From Promethearchaeota archaeon (lineage in GTDB: Archaea > Asgardarchaeota > Lokiarchaeia > Sigyniarchaeales > SOKP01): DNA of 48,957 nt. The position numbers and the translations under genes are program-made. The stretch covers positions 1-48,957 of the forward strand of contig JAEOTA010000027.1 in assembly GCA_016840085.1 (NCBI GenBank). Reading direction: 5' to 3'. Below, in pieces: positions 27,348-36,906 of the stretch. Below the pieces are notes generated by a model. It saw nothing but the letters and a program-made list of their open reading frames with translations. It searched no databases and had not been told where the DNA came from. Numbering within the stretch: the first letter of the stretch is position 1; every line of letters starts with the position of its first letter.

Positions 27348-27677
27348 TTATTTTTTTAATAATTCTTTATATTTTTCTGGATTATATCCAATTACATGCC
27401 CTTTTTCACATACAAGAAAAGGATATGAAATTCTGGATTGATATTTTGATCTGAGGTACTCTATGATTTTTGCCTTGTCATTTGGATCAATTCTATCGAC
27501 ATCTATATATCTATATTTCATATTGTTATCCTTCAAGAAACTTTTGCACTTTTTACACCACATACAAGTAGACAATGTGAACACTAAGATATTTTCTTCA
27601 ATACTTTTTTCACCATCGACTTCTTTTACATGCCTTTCAATTAGTTCTTCAGCCGACATAATTATATTTTTTCCCAT
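27348..27677 (-). CDS. Glutaredoxin-like protein (probable FTR partner)
   Basis: LSTCMWCKKC, ISYP cis-Pro, VIGY; 9 nt upstream of FTR. Confidence 0.88.
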   Translation of the reverse strand: MGKNIIMSAEELIERHVKEVDGEKSIEENILVFTLSTCMWCKKCKSFLKDNNMKYRYIDVDRIDPNDKAKIIEYLRSKYQSRISYPFLVCEKGHVIGYNPEKYKELLKK

Positions 27678-27927
27678 TTAATATTGAAATTTTTATATTG
27701 TTTCTTATTTTAAATTACAATTTTAGTTTTTAAAAATGTAGTTATTCAAGAAAAGAACCGTAAAAAATAAGAATATATTGCTAATAATTTATTAAAAAGT
27801 CCTTAGATTAGAAATATAAATAAAGCAAATATTGTTTAGTTTATATTTTTATAAACTATTTTAAGCCTTTTTTTAAATTATAGAATATAGACAAATTATT
27901 TATATTTCTCTATAATATCTTTTAATT

Positions 27928-28224
27928 ATGGCTGAATCAAATATTCCTATTGTGATAACAAAAGAAGGATGTCATCGTTGCCATGAATTAAAAGAATGGC
28001 TAAGAGAGAATGATGTCCATTACATAGAAAGAGATATTGATGACGAGGAATTTGTCCACGAATTACTAGAAGATAATAATTTTCTAAAAACCTTTTGTGA
28101 TGCAGATGGATGTATTATAAATACTCCTGCGGTATTACATAAAGGAAAATATTGGTTTAAAGAACTCTGGGGGATAAATGGACTCAGAATCAAGGAAGCG
28201 AAGAAATTATTTGGTAAAAAATAA
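27928..28224 (+). CDS. Glutaredoxin-like protein
   Basis: TKEGCHRC, Y.E.DI, NTP; extra CDADGC. Confidence 0.8.
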   Translation: MAESNIPIVITKEGCHRCHELKEWLRENDVHYIERDIDDEEFVHELLEDNNFLKTFCDADGCIINTPAVLHKGKYWFKELWGINGLRIKEAKKLFGKK

Positions 28225-28292
28225 TTTTTATTCTAAAATATAATCATTTAATTTTTTTCCAAGTAAATTTTTTGTCTATAACATATAAATGT

Positions 28293-28871
28293 TTAAGCTT
28301 TATAGTAAGAATAATCACGTTTTGCTCTCAGGTATTTTTTTATTGAAGCAATTGTAAACGATACTAATGCGAAAGATGAAATAACTAAAAATATTGTTTC
28401 CATATTGGAAGGATGTTTATCATCTTTTGGAAAAAAATGAAATAATCCATGTGTCGTAAAATAATATTCATATCGATTGTAATTATTTTCCCATGATACA
28501 TTATATTTACCAGGTTTCATGACCCATGACCTTGCATCATATATCATTTTTTCATACATCAAATATCCAACAATTCTATAGTCAAAAGTGTAATTTTTAC
28601 CTGAATTTTGATGTGTGAATGTAATATTACCAACTACATCATCATATATAATAGTTGGAAAATAACCTATAACCAAGATTACATATCTATTTGGTAATAA
28701 ATAATTAGGCGGGACATTTATGACCATTTCGCCCGAAGCTGGTCCACCTCTTTGCCTCCAAACCAGTCTTGAACGCACTGAGAGAACAAATACTAACTGA
28801 GCGATTCCGATAGAAAGTAATAGAATTGAGATGAGTATACCTTTTCTGAATGCAATTTTTGGGGCAGACAT
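28293..28871 (-). CDS. Hypothetical membrane protein (N- and C-terminal TM helices, beta-rich middle domain)
   Basis: Hydrophobic stretches GILISILLLSIGIAQLVFVL and IFLVISSFALVSFTIASI. Confidence 0.7.
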   Translation of the reverse strand: MSAPKIAFRKGILISILLLSIGIAQLVFVLSVRSRLVWRQRGGPASGEMVINVPPNYLLPNRYVILVIGYFPTIIYDDVVGNITFTHQNSGKNYTFDYRIVGYLMYEKMIYDARSWVMKPGKYNVSWENNYNRYEYYFTTHGLFHFFPKDDKHPSNMETIFLVISSFALVSFTIASIKKYLRAKRDYSYYKA

Positions 28872-28978
28872 TTACTTTTCTTTTCTTTTTCAATTAGATT
28901 CTAATTTTCATTACAAAATAATTTGAGGTTTTTTAAATTTTCTAATTTAGTTACAAAATAACTCAATTTTGTGAAATA

Positions 28979-29578
28979 TTAATCTTTAAATTCTGCCATT
29001 CTTTTGATGACTTTTCTAATTGATTTTAAGCCCTCTTTATCAGATTCAATACCTTTCAACCCTAAATCTTTACTCCATAAGCTTGCACCCAAATTTGCTC
29101 CAAAAGCACCACCAGATACAATTATAACATGATTCTGTTGAAAGAAATCTAAAATACTTCTTATAGCGATTTCCTGTCCTCCATTTCTATCACCACCTAT
29201 AGCTAATGCTCCGCCAATTTTGTTTTTAAATACATTAGGATTTTTCGCGACCATAGCACGACATCGATCCATAACTGTCTTTAATTGACCTGATAAATTA
29301 CCTTGAAACACAGGAGTGCCTAAAAGGAGGAATTTGGCTTGCTCTAATATATTATAAAGAATTTCCATGTCATCTTTATTGACACACCCCCTTTGTTCTC
29401 GAACACAGTAATCGCAATGAAGACAAAAATTAATTTTTTTATTTCTAACACTCCAAAACTCTATATCAAATCCATATTTTTCAGCAGCATATTTTAACGC
29501 ATATTGAACCGCATATTCAGTTCCCTGATTTCTTGGACTTCCACATATTCCAAGCAATCGATTCATCTTTTCTACCAT
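28979..29578 (-). CDS. Iron-sulfur flavoprotein (Isf-like, flavodoxin family)
   Basis: GSPR, CLHCDYC...C..DDM compact Fe-S motif, GTPVF, GGDRNGGQE. Confidence 0.9.
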   Translation of the reverse strand: MVEKMNRLLGICGSPRNQGTEYAVQYALKYAAEKYGFDIEFWSVRNKKINFCLHCDYCVREQRGCVNKDDMEILYNILEQAKFLLLGTPVFQGNLSGQLKTVMDRCRAMVAKNPNVFKNKIGGALAIGGDRNGGQEIAIRSILDFFQQNHVIIVSGGAFGANLGASLWSKDLGLKGIESDKEGLKSIRKVIKRMAEFKD

Positions 29579-29664
29579 AATATTCTATTTAACTTGTTTT
29601 TATTAATAATTAATCATTATTCTATAAAATAAAGTTATAAAATCTTATTTACTAATATTTAAAA

Positions 29665-30318
29665 ATGGATTCAAGTAAGCCAAGTTTAGCACGTATAAAA
29701 ATCAAATTTCCGGATCAAATATGGATTTCAGAGATATTTACAAAATTCCACGATATCCGAATGGAGATCATCAACTTTTTACCTTATGACCTTGAAAAAT
29801 CAATTGGAAATGCTGTTATAGAAATTATGCACTACGATGTAGACTCTGTATTACAAGTAATTAAAAATCATTCCTCTGTTTTTGAATTTAGTGTGTTAGA
29901 AAGAGAAGTGAATAAGGTTAAATTTAATGTCAAGACAAAAGATCCCTACTTATTGTATGGAGTTATAAAATGTGGCGTTCTAGTAAATTTCCCTGTCAGT
30001 GTTAGAGAAGGATATGCATATTGGAGATTGGTATCAACAAGAGAAAGAATAGATGAGTTATTGACTCTTTTTGAAAATAAAAATATTAACTTTGAATTAC
30101 TAAGAATTGGTAATTCCCCTTATGGACTTGATGAAGATAAATTCAAATTAAGTCTAGAAGAATCAAAAGTTTTAGATAAAGCAATAAATCTTGGATTTTT
30201 TGAAGTGCCCAGAAGTATTTCACTTGAGGAATTAGCAAATAAATTAGGGAAGTCAAAATCAGCATTATCAGTAATGCTAAGAAAAATAATTAAAAAAAAG
30301 ATTGTTTTTGAATCTTAA
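29665..30318 (+). CDS. Transcriptional regulator with C-terminal Bat-type HTH (HTH_10)
   Basis: AINLGFFEVPRSISLEELANKLGKSKSALSVMLRK. Confidence 0.88.
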   Translation: MDSSKPSLARIKIKFPDQIWISEIFTKFHDIRMEIINFLPYDLEKSIGNAVIEIMHYDVDSVLQVIKNHSSVFEFSVLEREVNKVKFNVKTKDPYLLYGVIKCGVLVNFPVSVREGYAYWRLVSTRERIDELLTLFENKNINFELLRIGNSPYGLDEDKFKLSLEESKVLDKAINLGFFEVPRSISLEELANKLGKSKSALSVMLRKIIKKKIVFES

Positions 30319-30351
30319 ATTCTATAATTTCTAACTAGAATATTCAATCTA

Positions 30352-31146
30352 TTAATTACCTTTATATTTTCCCTGTCGTTTTTCAAAAAAGGCAGATATA
30401 CCCTCCTTTAGATCTTCTGTATTATAAGTTAAATTTACTTGATCCATATCCATGTGCATAATGGCTTGATCCAATGCAGCACTAATATGATTAATACTTT
30501 TCTTAATCATTTGAGCTGAAATTGGAGGCATTTCAGCATATTTTTTAGCTATTTCAAGAGCACGTTCTATTAATTTCTCTCGAGGAACAATCTCACTTAA
30601 GAAACCCCATTTTAATAGCGTTTGGGCATCATTATTTCGCCCCAAAATCACCATTTCCTTAGTATAAGTAGGACCAATTAAATGAACTATAATTGGAAGA
30701 ATAGTCCAACTTAAACTCATTCCTAATCTGGCCTCTGGGAAGCCTGCCATGCAATTTTCATCCCCTATACGAAAATCTAAAGCTCCAACAATACACGCGC
30801 CCCCACCAAATGCTCCACCATTTATAGCAGCAATTGTAATTTGATCCATCATATGGAGTTTCCGTACCATACGTGGACCTGATTGGCTAGCTCTTTGTCT
30901 TTCAAGAAAAGTTTTTGCTGTTGATCGTTCTGTTAAGTCTCTTCCACCACAAAAATGCTTTCCCGCACCAGTAAATATAACTACACGTGTGTCAACATCA
31001 TTGTGAAAATCTTCAGTAATACATTCAATTTCATTCATTAAAGCAGAAGTTAATGTATTAAGCTTTTCAGGGCGATTCAAAGTGACAATTGCTATATTAT
31101 CATCCCGTTTTTCTACAATAAGATTTTTATATTCCATAACTAACAA
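30352..31146 (-). CDS. Enoyl-CoA hydratase/isomerase family protein
   Basis: LNRPEKLN, FTGAGKHFCGGRDL, AAINGGAFGGG, FPEARLG, EGISAFFEKR. Confidence 0.93.
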   Translation of the reverse strand: MLVMEYKNLIVEKRDDNIAIVTLNRPEKLNTLTSALMNEIECITEDFHNDVDTRVVIFTGAGKHFCGGRDLTERSTAKTFLERQRASQSGPRMVRKLHMMDQITIAAINGGAFGGGACIVGALDFRIGDENCMAGFPEARLGMSLSWTILPIIVHLIGPTYTKEMVILGRNNDAQTLLKWGFLSEIVPREKLIERALEIAKKYAEMPPISAQMIKKSINHISAALDQAIMHMDMDQVNLTYNTEDLKEGISAFFEKRQGKYKGN

Positions 31147-31291
31147 CTTTGAAATTAATTTTTAAAAATCTATAAATGGAAAATCATTATTAACTTAAAA
31201 CCTATTTCTTAGAATTCTAAATATACAAATATTTCATGAATATTGGGTTTTAATGTAAGAAAATTTATGAAAAAATAGTATATTATAAATT

Positions 31292-32077
31292 TTATATCCA
31301 TTCTTCTTTTAAAATATCGCCTTGTAAACTTATGACAATATACTTTATAGGTACTTTACGGCTTGCTCTTTTTGTTGCTTCTTGTGTTAATGCTAATAAA
31401 CCTGAACAACAGGGAACTTCCATAGTAGCAACAGTTAAAGTATTAATCTTAGCATCGTCAATCAAAGATTTAATTTTTTCAATGTAAATATCTCGACCAT
31501 GGTCAAGTTTAGGACAAGCAATCGCGATAGATTTATGCTTTAAAAGGTCCCTATGAAAATCACCATAGGAGTATGCAACACAATCTGCAGAGAGCAATAC
31601 ATCTGCTCCTTGATAATAAGGTGCTATTGGGGATATTAAATGCATTTGAACAGGCCATTGTCGTAAGGCTGAAGATATCTTTCCAAGAGTATCAATTTCT
31701 CCTTTCACATCATCAAAGACCATTGTTTGAGCAGAAGGGCATCCACAAGGTAGTCTATCTTCAGTTAGAAGATGTTCTTCATGAGTTTCAATAATTATTT
31801 CATTTTGTTTTAATGATTCTAAATGATTCTCAACAGCCTCTTCATCAAATTCTAATGCTTCTCTTTCTATAATTTCAAGGGCTCCTTCAGGACATTCACC
31901 TATACAAGCACCCAGCCCATCGCAAAAAACGTCGTTTACTACTCTTGCTTTTCCATCAGTTATTTTTAAAGCTCCTTCAGCACACGCTACGACACAGTGT
32001 CCACATCCAGTGCAAAGATCCTCATCAATCTTTATTATTTTTCTTTTAACTTTATTTTGTAATTTTGCTTCAGTCAT
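31292..32077 (-). CDS. 4Fe-4S dicluster protein with Cys-rich C-terminal domain
   Basis: CTGCGHCVVAC, CDGLGACIGECP, GCP, LRQWPVQ, SADC, ACPKLD, MEVPCC; probable ATG at 32077 (ORF track start 32122). Confidence 0.88.
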   Translation of the reverse strand: MTEAKLQNKVKRKIIKIDEDLCTGCGHCVVACAEGALKITDGKARVVNDVFCDGLGACIGECPEGALEIIEREALEFDEEAVENHLESLKQNEIIIETHEEHLLTEDRLPCGCPSAQTMVFDDVKGEIDTLGKISSALRQWPVQMHLISPIAPYYQGADVLLSADCVAYSYGDFHRDLLKHKSIAIACPKLDHGRDIYIEKIKSLIDDAKINTLTVATMEVPCCSGLLALTQEATKRASRKVPIKYIVISLQGDILKEEWI

Positions 32078-32200
32078 ATTTGAATCAAATGGAGATAGCA
32101 ATATATTTTTGATTTCGAACATGTTCTCTTTAGCTTAATTTGTTAAAATTTAGGATTCATAATAAAAACTTTAAAATAAAATGAATAAACTATAATTTTT

Positions 32201-33547
32201 ATGAAAGTGGTTATAATTGGCAATAATGTTGCTGGAACATTTTCTGCTCAAAATATTAGAAATCTTAATGAAGATGTAGAAATTGAACTTTATACTCAAG
32301 AAAAATTCCCTTATTATACAAGAATAAATTTACCTGAGTTGATATCTGAAAAAATATCTATTGAGGATTTAATTGTCTTTAAAGATAATTGGTATAAATC
32401 TAAGAATTTAAAACTACACTTAAATAAAAAAGTAAATAAAATTAATCCACAAAACAAAACTATTTCCATTGAAGAAAAAGACGAACTCATATCTTATGAT
32501 AAGCTAATTCTTGCATTAGGAAGCACTCCAAATATTCCTCCTATTAAAAATGCTGTAGTAATGAAAAATGATAAAAAAGGTGTATTTACTCTACGAAGTA
32601 TTGATGATGCCTTAGAAATTAAAGATTATATTAAAAATCCTGATGTGAACAAAGCTATTATCATAGGTGGTGGATTATTAGGGCTAGAACTTGCCAATCA
32701 AATAAAAGATTGCAATTTAGAGACTACAGTTGTTGAATTTTTTCCTCAATTACTGCCTAGACAACTAGATATTGAATGCGGCATTATGTTAAAAGAAGAA
32801 ATTGAAAGTCGCGGAATTGAGGTTGTACTAAATGCAACTACAGAGGAAATCTTAGGAGACGGAAAAGTAATTGGAATTAAGTTAAAAGGAGGAGAGCAAT
32901 ATGATGCCGATATTGTATTAATCCAAGCGGGTATAAGACCTACTATTGATTTAGCTAAAAAGGCTAATATTGAAACAAATAGGGGAATAATTGTAAATGA
33001 ATTCTTAGAAACTAGTGAAATTGATATATTCGCTATTGGAGATTGCATAGAATACAAAAATCAAATTTATGGTATCATTCCAGCTTGTATGGAACAATCA
33101 AAAATAGTAGCCACTTCTGTATTTGGAACTAAAAATGTAGAGTATAAAGGAACTACACCTAAAAATACACTTAAGATAATGGGTTTAGATTTAACATCAA
33201 TAGGAGTAATAGAACCATCTAAAGAACCAAGCGGAGGTTGGGAAATTCTAAGAAAAGCAGATAAAAAAGACTGCTGTTACCAGAAACTTGTGGTGAAAGA
33301 TAATAAACTCAAAGGAGCAATTTTATTTGGAGAAACTAAAGCAATATCTTTTATCTATAATAAAATGGAACAAAATGTCTCTAAAGAAGAACTCAGGAAG
33401 TTATTAGAGTTATATGTTTATGAATGTGAAAATTGTGGTGCTAAATATGATGAGGTTACAATGGATGTATTATTTAAAGATTTACCTGATGACTGGAAAT
33501 GCAATTGTGGTGCTTTGAAAACTAAATTTAAAAAAATGAATGATTGA
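32201..33547 (+). CDS. NAD(P)H:rubredoxin oxidoreductase-like flavoprotein with C-terminal rubredoxin domain
   Basis: IIGNNVAG, YDKLILALGS, IGGGLLGLE, FAIGDC; C-terminal YECENCG...DLPDDWKCNCG. Confidence 0.88.
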   Translation: MKVVIIGNNVAGTFSAQNIRNLNEDVEIELYTQEKFPYYTRINLPELISEKISIEDLIVFKDNWYKSKNLKLHLNKKVNKINPQNKTISIEEKDELISYDKLILALGSTPNIPPIKNAVVMKNDKKGVFTLRSIDDALEIKDYIKNPDVNKAIIIGGGLLGLELANQIKDCNLETTVVEFFPQLLPRQLDIECGIMLKEEIESRGIEVVLNATTEEILGDGKVIGIKLKGGEQYDADIVLIQAGIRPTIDLAKKANIETNRGIIVNEFLETSEIDIFAIGDCIEYKNQIYGIIPACMEQSKIVATSVFGTKNVEYKGTTPKNTLKIMGLDLTSIGVIEPSKEPSGGWEILRKADKKDCCYQKLVVKDNKLKGAILFGETKAISFIYNKMEQNVSKEELRKLLELYVYECENCGAKYDEVTMDVLFKDLPDDWKCNCGALKTKFKKMND

Positions 33548-33589
33548 ATATGACTTTTAAACGTTTTAGAATAAAATAGAGATGATAAA

Positions 33590-33736
33590 ATGACAATACA
33601 TAGATGTAAAAGATGTAATTTTCTTTATATTGATGAAGAGCAGAAATTTCAGTTTGAAAAACTAGACGATTCTTGGAAATGTCCAAAATGTCGCTCTTCA
33701 AAAAAATTCTTCGTTAAAAAAGATGTATCAAAATAA
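33590..33736 (+). CDS. Rubredoxin-like protein (basic, atypical), not in the ORF track
   Basis: MTIHRCKRCNFLYIDEEQKFQFEKLDDSWKCPKCRSSKKFFVKKDVSK*. Confidence 0.8.
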   Translation: MTIHRCKRCNFLYIDEEQKFQFEKLDDSWKCPKCRSSKKFFVKKDVSK

Positions 33737-33823
33737 TTTTGAAAAAACCATTACATATAAAAATTGAGATGTCTAATTTTTATCTAATTTAATTTATTTA
33801 ATCATAAAAATTAGTGATTCCTT

Positions 33824-35233
33824 ATGGGAGAAGAAGAAATAGATATTAAACATTCAAATCTTAATATGGCTTCATATGGATTTGGTAAGTTTCTAACTGA
33901 ATTTATAGAGATGGCCTTTACTGCCTGGCTGTATTATTTCTATGTAAGAACTATCGGCGTTGAACCATTGATTATAGGATTAGCAGTAGTAATATATGCC
34001 ATATGGAATGCTGTGAATGACCCTTTAGTAGGTTATTTAACAAATAGACCCTTCAAATTCACAAGAAAATGGGGAAGAAGATTTCCATGGGTAATGATTG
34101 GTGGTGTTCTCTATATCTTTAGTTATTTGCTGGTTTTTTCTCCTACGGTTTTTCTTCCAAATGTAGATCCTCAATCAGGGGCTTAGATTTTTTTCATATG
34201 GTTTATAGCTTCTGCATGTATATTCGATACATTTAATTCAATATTTTTTGTTAATTTTTCAGCTCTTTTTCCTGATAAATTTCGTTCAGTAGATGAACGT
34301 AGAAAGGCGACAGGATTACAAACTCCCGTTGGAATAATTGGAATAGCTATAGGAGCTTTATTACCACCTCTAATAATAGATCGTGATATTGCTGCTACAT
34401 ATATACTAAATGGAGGCTTAGTAATTATAATTGGAATGATAGTCTTAATGCTTTCAATCCCCGGTTGTCGTGAGGATCAAACAACCATCGACCGATATCT
34501 CGATAAACATGACGCTAAAGAAAGAATATCCTTCTTTAAAACACTCAGCATGTCTCTAAAGCAAAAGTCTTTCTTGTTTTTCATAATTACGTATATGCTT
34601 TACAGATCACTTATTATATGCTTCCAAGCATCAATCCCCTTTTTCGTTGAATATATACTAGGAGAAGAGGAGGGTATTCAGACATTATTATCTGCTGCCT
34701 TTCTTGTTGGTGCACTAATTTCTTCACCACTATGGGCCTCTATCGCTCGAAAAACTAATAACAATAAAAAAATTATGCTGATTAATAGCATCTTGATGAC
34801 TGTATTCACAATCCCATTTATATTCCTTAATAGTGTTTGGGTTGCATTTATAGTACTTATTCTATGGGGATTTGGTCTCGGAGGTTTTTGGACAATGTTA
34901 GCACCAGTATTAGGAGATGTTATAGATGAGTCAGTGGTTAATACTCAAAAACGTCAAGAAGGTATTTTTAATGGATTTTTACAATTCTTTGGGCGATTAG
35001 CAATTTTAGTACAAGCAATTGTATTCGCAACAGTACAAACGATTACAGGATTTAGGGAAGGACAACCTTTATCTGATCAACCAGGATCAGCAATATGGGG
35101 GGTACATGTCCATTTTGCCTTAATTCCAGCAATATTTATGCTCTTAGCCACCATAATCTTTTGGAAATATTATGATTTAACTCCTGATAAAGTGACATTC
35201 CACCAAGACAAAATTCTTGAACTTAAATTATGA
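33824..35233 (+). pseudogene. GPH/MelB-type MFS transporter interrupted by one in-frame TAG
   Basis: NAVNDPLVG, GRRFPW, DVIDE...RQEGIF; ORFs 33824 and 34436 share a frame and the only stop between them is TAG at 34184-34186. Confidence 0.85.
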
Positions 35234-35404
35234 ATTAAAACCTAATATTAATTTTTTTTTTCTTAAAGCTTAAATCTAAAAATGGTGAATTCAATTAGAT
35301 CTATTTATAAAATATTAAATTAATATATTTAATATATTTTCAATTACAATCCATAAAATTAGATATCAAATTTCAGAATTAATAATACCAATATTAACAA
35401 GGTG

Positions 35405-35548
35405 ATGGATATTTCAAAATATGAATGTTCTGCATGTGGATATATTTACGATGAAGAAGCCGAAGGGACCAAATGGGAAGACCTCCCCGATGATTGGACT
35501 TGTCCTGTATGTGGCGTAGGGAAAGATATGTTTGAAAAAATTGATTAA
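35405..35548 (+). CDS. rub: Rubredoxin, not in the ORF track
   Basis: [12 protein letters not shown]...[20 protein letters not shown]. Confidence 0.95.
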   Translation: MDISKYECSACGYIYDEEAEGTKWEDLPDDWTCPVCGVGKDMFEKID

Positions 35549-35704
35549 CCAATAAACTTACTTTTTTTAATTTTTTTTTATTGCTTAATTTAGTAAAAAT
35601 TTTATAATCAATAGAATATAAGTTTTTAACTTGACCTTAATTAATTATAAAAAACTAAATAAACCTTAAATTATAGAGGTGAAATTAAAATTACTCACTT
35701 AGAA

Positions 35705-36904
35705 TTGATGAAAGATATCTATTATGTTGGGTATGTAGACTGGGAAGTTAGAAATTTTCATGGCTATTCGACTCATAAAGGTAGTAGCTACAATGCTTAT
35801 ATTGTGAAAAGTGGTGAAAACACGGTATTAATAGATACTGTGAAGCGACCTTATTTTGAACACTTCTTAAAAAATATTAAGGAAGTTTGTGATCCATCAG
35901 AAATCAATTATTTTATTACAAATCATGTGGAGATGGATCATTCAGGATCATTTCCCCTTATCATTAAACATTTACCAAATGCTGAATTAATTGCTTCAGA
36001 AAGGGGAGTTGATGTATTAAAAGCTCATTTTCATCAGGAAGTTGAAGAGGATCTTTTCAATAGGATTAGAGCGGTTAAAGAAGGGGATACATTAGATATT
36101 GGGAATGGCAAGAAATTCACATTTGTGCCAATTCCTATGATCCATTGGCCAGATTCAATGGTATCCTTTATGACAGATGAAATTGGTAAAAATGCATTAT
36201 TTTCTAATGATGCTTTTGGACAGCACTATGCCACTTCAAAACGTTGGGATGATGAAAATGATCTATGCGAAGTTATGCAAGAAGCAGAGAAGTATTATGC
36301 CAATATTTTACTTCATCTCTCTGGAATTATTGCAAAAGTATTACCCAAAGTCGGAGCTTTACCGATTGATGTAATTTGCACTTCACATGGAGTATGCTGG
36401 AGAACCCATATTGGGGAAATTGTTGAAGCATATACAAAATGGTGCAAAGGAGAAATTGAAGAGAATAGTGTTTTAATTGTGTATGATACTATGTGGGGCA
36501 GTACTGAAAAAATCGCTAAAGCCTTATCAGATCAGATAAGTCACAGAGGCATTCCAGTAAAAAGATTTAGGCTAACATATGCAGATTATTCTGATGTAAT
36601 AACAGAAGCTATGAAAGCAAGAGCAATTTTAATCGGAAGTCCTACACTAAATAATGGATTATTTCCGTCTGTAGCAGAATATATTTCATATCAAAAGGGT
36701 TTAAAACCTATGAATAAAGTTGGATTTGCATTTGGTTCTTATGGCTGGGGTGGTGGTGCTGTTAAAGAAATTGTTGAAGTGATGAAAGCTACTAAAATAG
36801 ATGTCATGGAAGAGACTATTGAGATTAAATTTGTGCCAAGACCAGAAGATTTAGACTTTAAAGAAATTATTAATAAATTAGTGGAAAAAATGGGTGGAAA
36901 TTAA
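35705..36904 (+). CDS. fprA: Flavodiiron protein (FprA, O2/NO reductase)
   Basis: SYNAY, NHVEMDHSG, HWPDSM, SNDAFGQH; flavodoxin motifs TMWGSTE and FGSYGWGG; true start may be ATT at 35690. Confidence 0.95.
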   Translation: MMKDIYYVGYVDWEVRNFHGYSTHKGSSYNAYIVKSGENTVLIDTVKRPYFEHFLKNIKEVCDPSEINYFITNHVEMDHSGSFPLIIKHLPNAELIASERGVDVLKAHFHQEVEEDLFNRIRAVKEGDTLDIGNGKKFTFVPIPMIHWPDSMVSFMTDEIGKNALFSNDAFGQHYATSKRWDDENDLCEVMQEAEKYYANILLHLSGIIAKVLPKVGALPIDVICTSHGVCWRTHIGEIVEAYTKWCKGEIEENSVLIVYDTMWGSTEKIAKALSDQISHRGIPVKRFRLTYADYSDVITEAMKARAILIGSPTLNNGLFPSVAEYISYQKGLKPMNKVGFAFGSYGWGGGAVKEIVEVMKATKIDVMEETIEIKFVPRPEDLDFKEIINKLVEKMGGN

Positions 36905-36906
36905 AA

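Noticed and set aside
34184-34186. Genome-wide TAG reassignment or pyrrolysine
   Set aside because: TAG is the normal stop of several complete genes in the window, and no pyl genes are present here
35300-35345. AT-only quasi-palindromes upstream of rubredoxin
   Set aside because: Expected by chance in very AT-rich intergenic DNA
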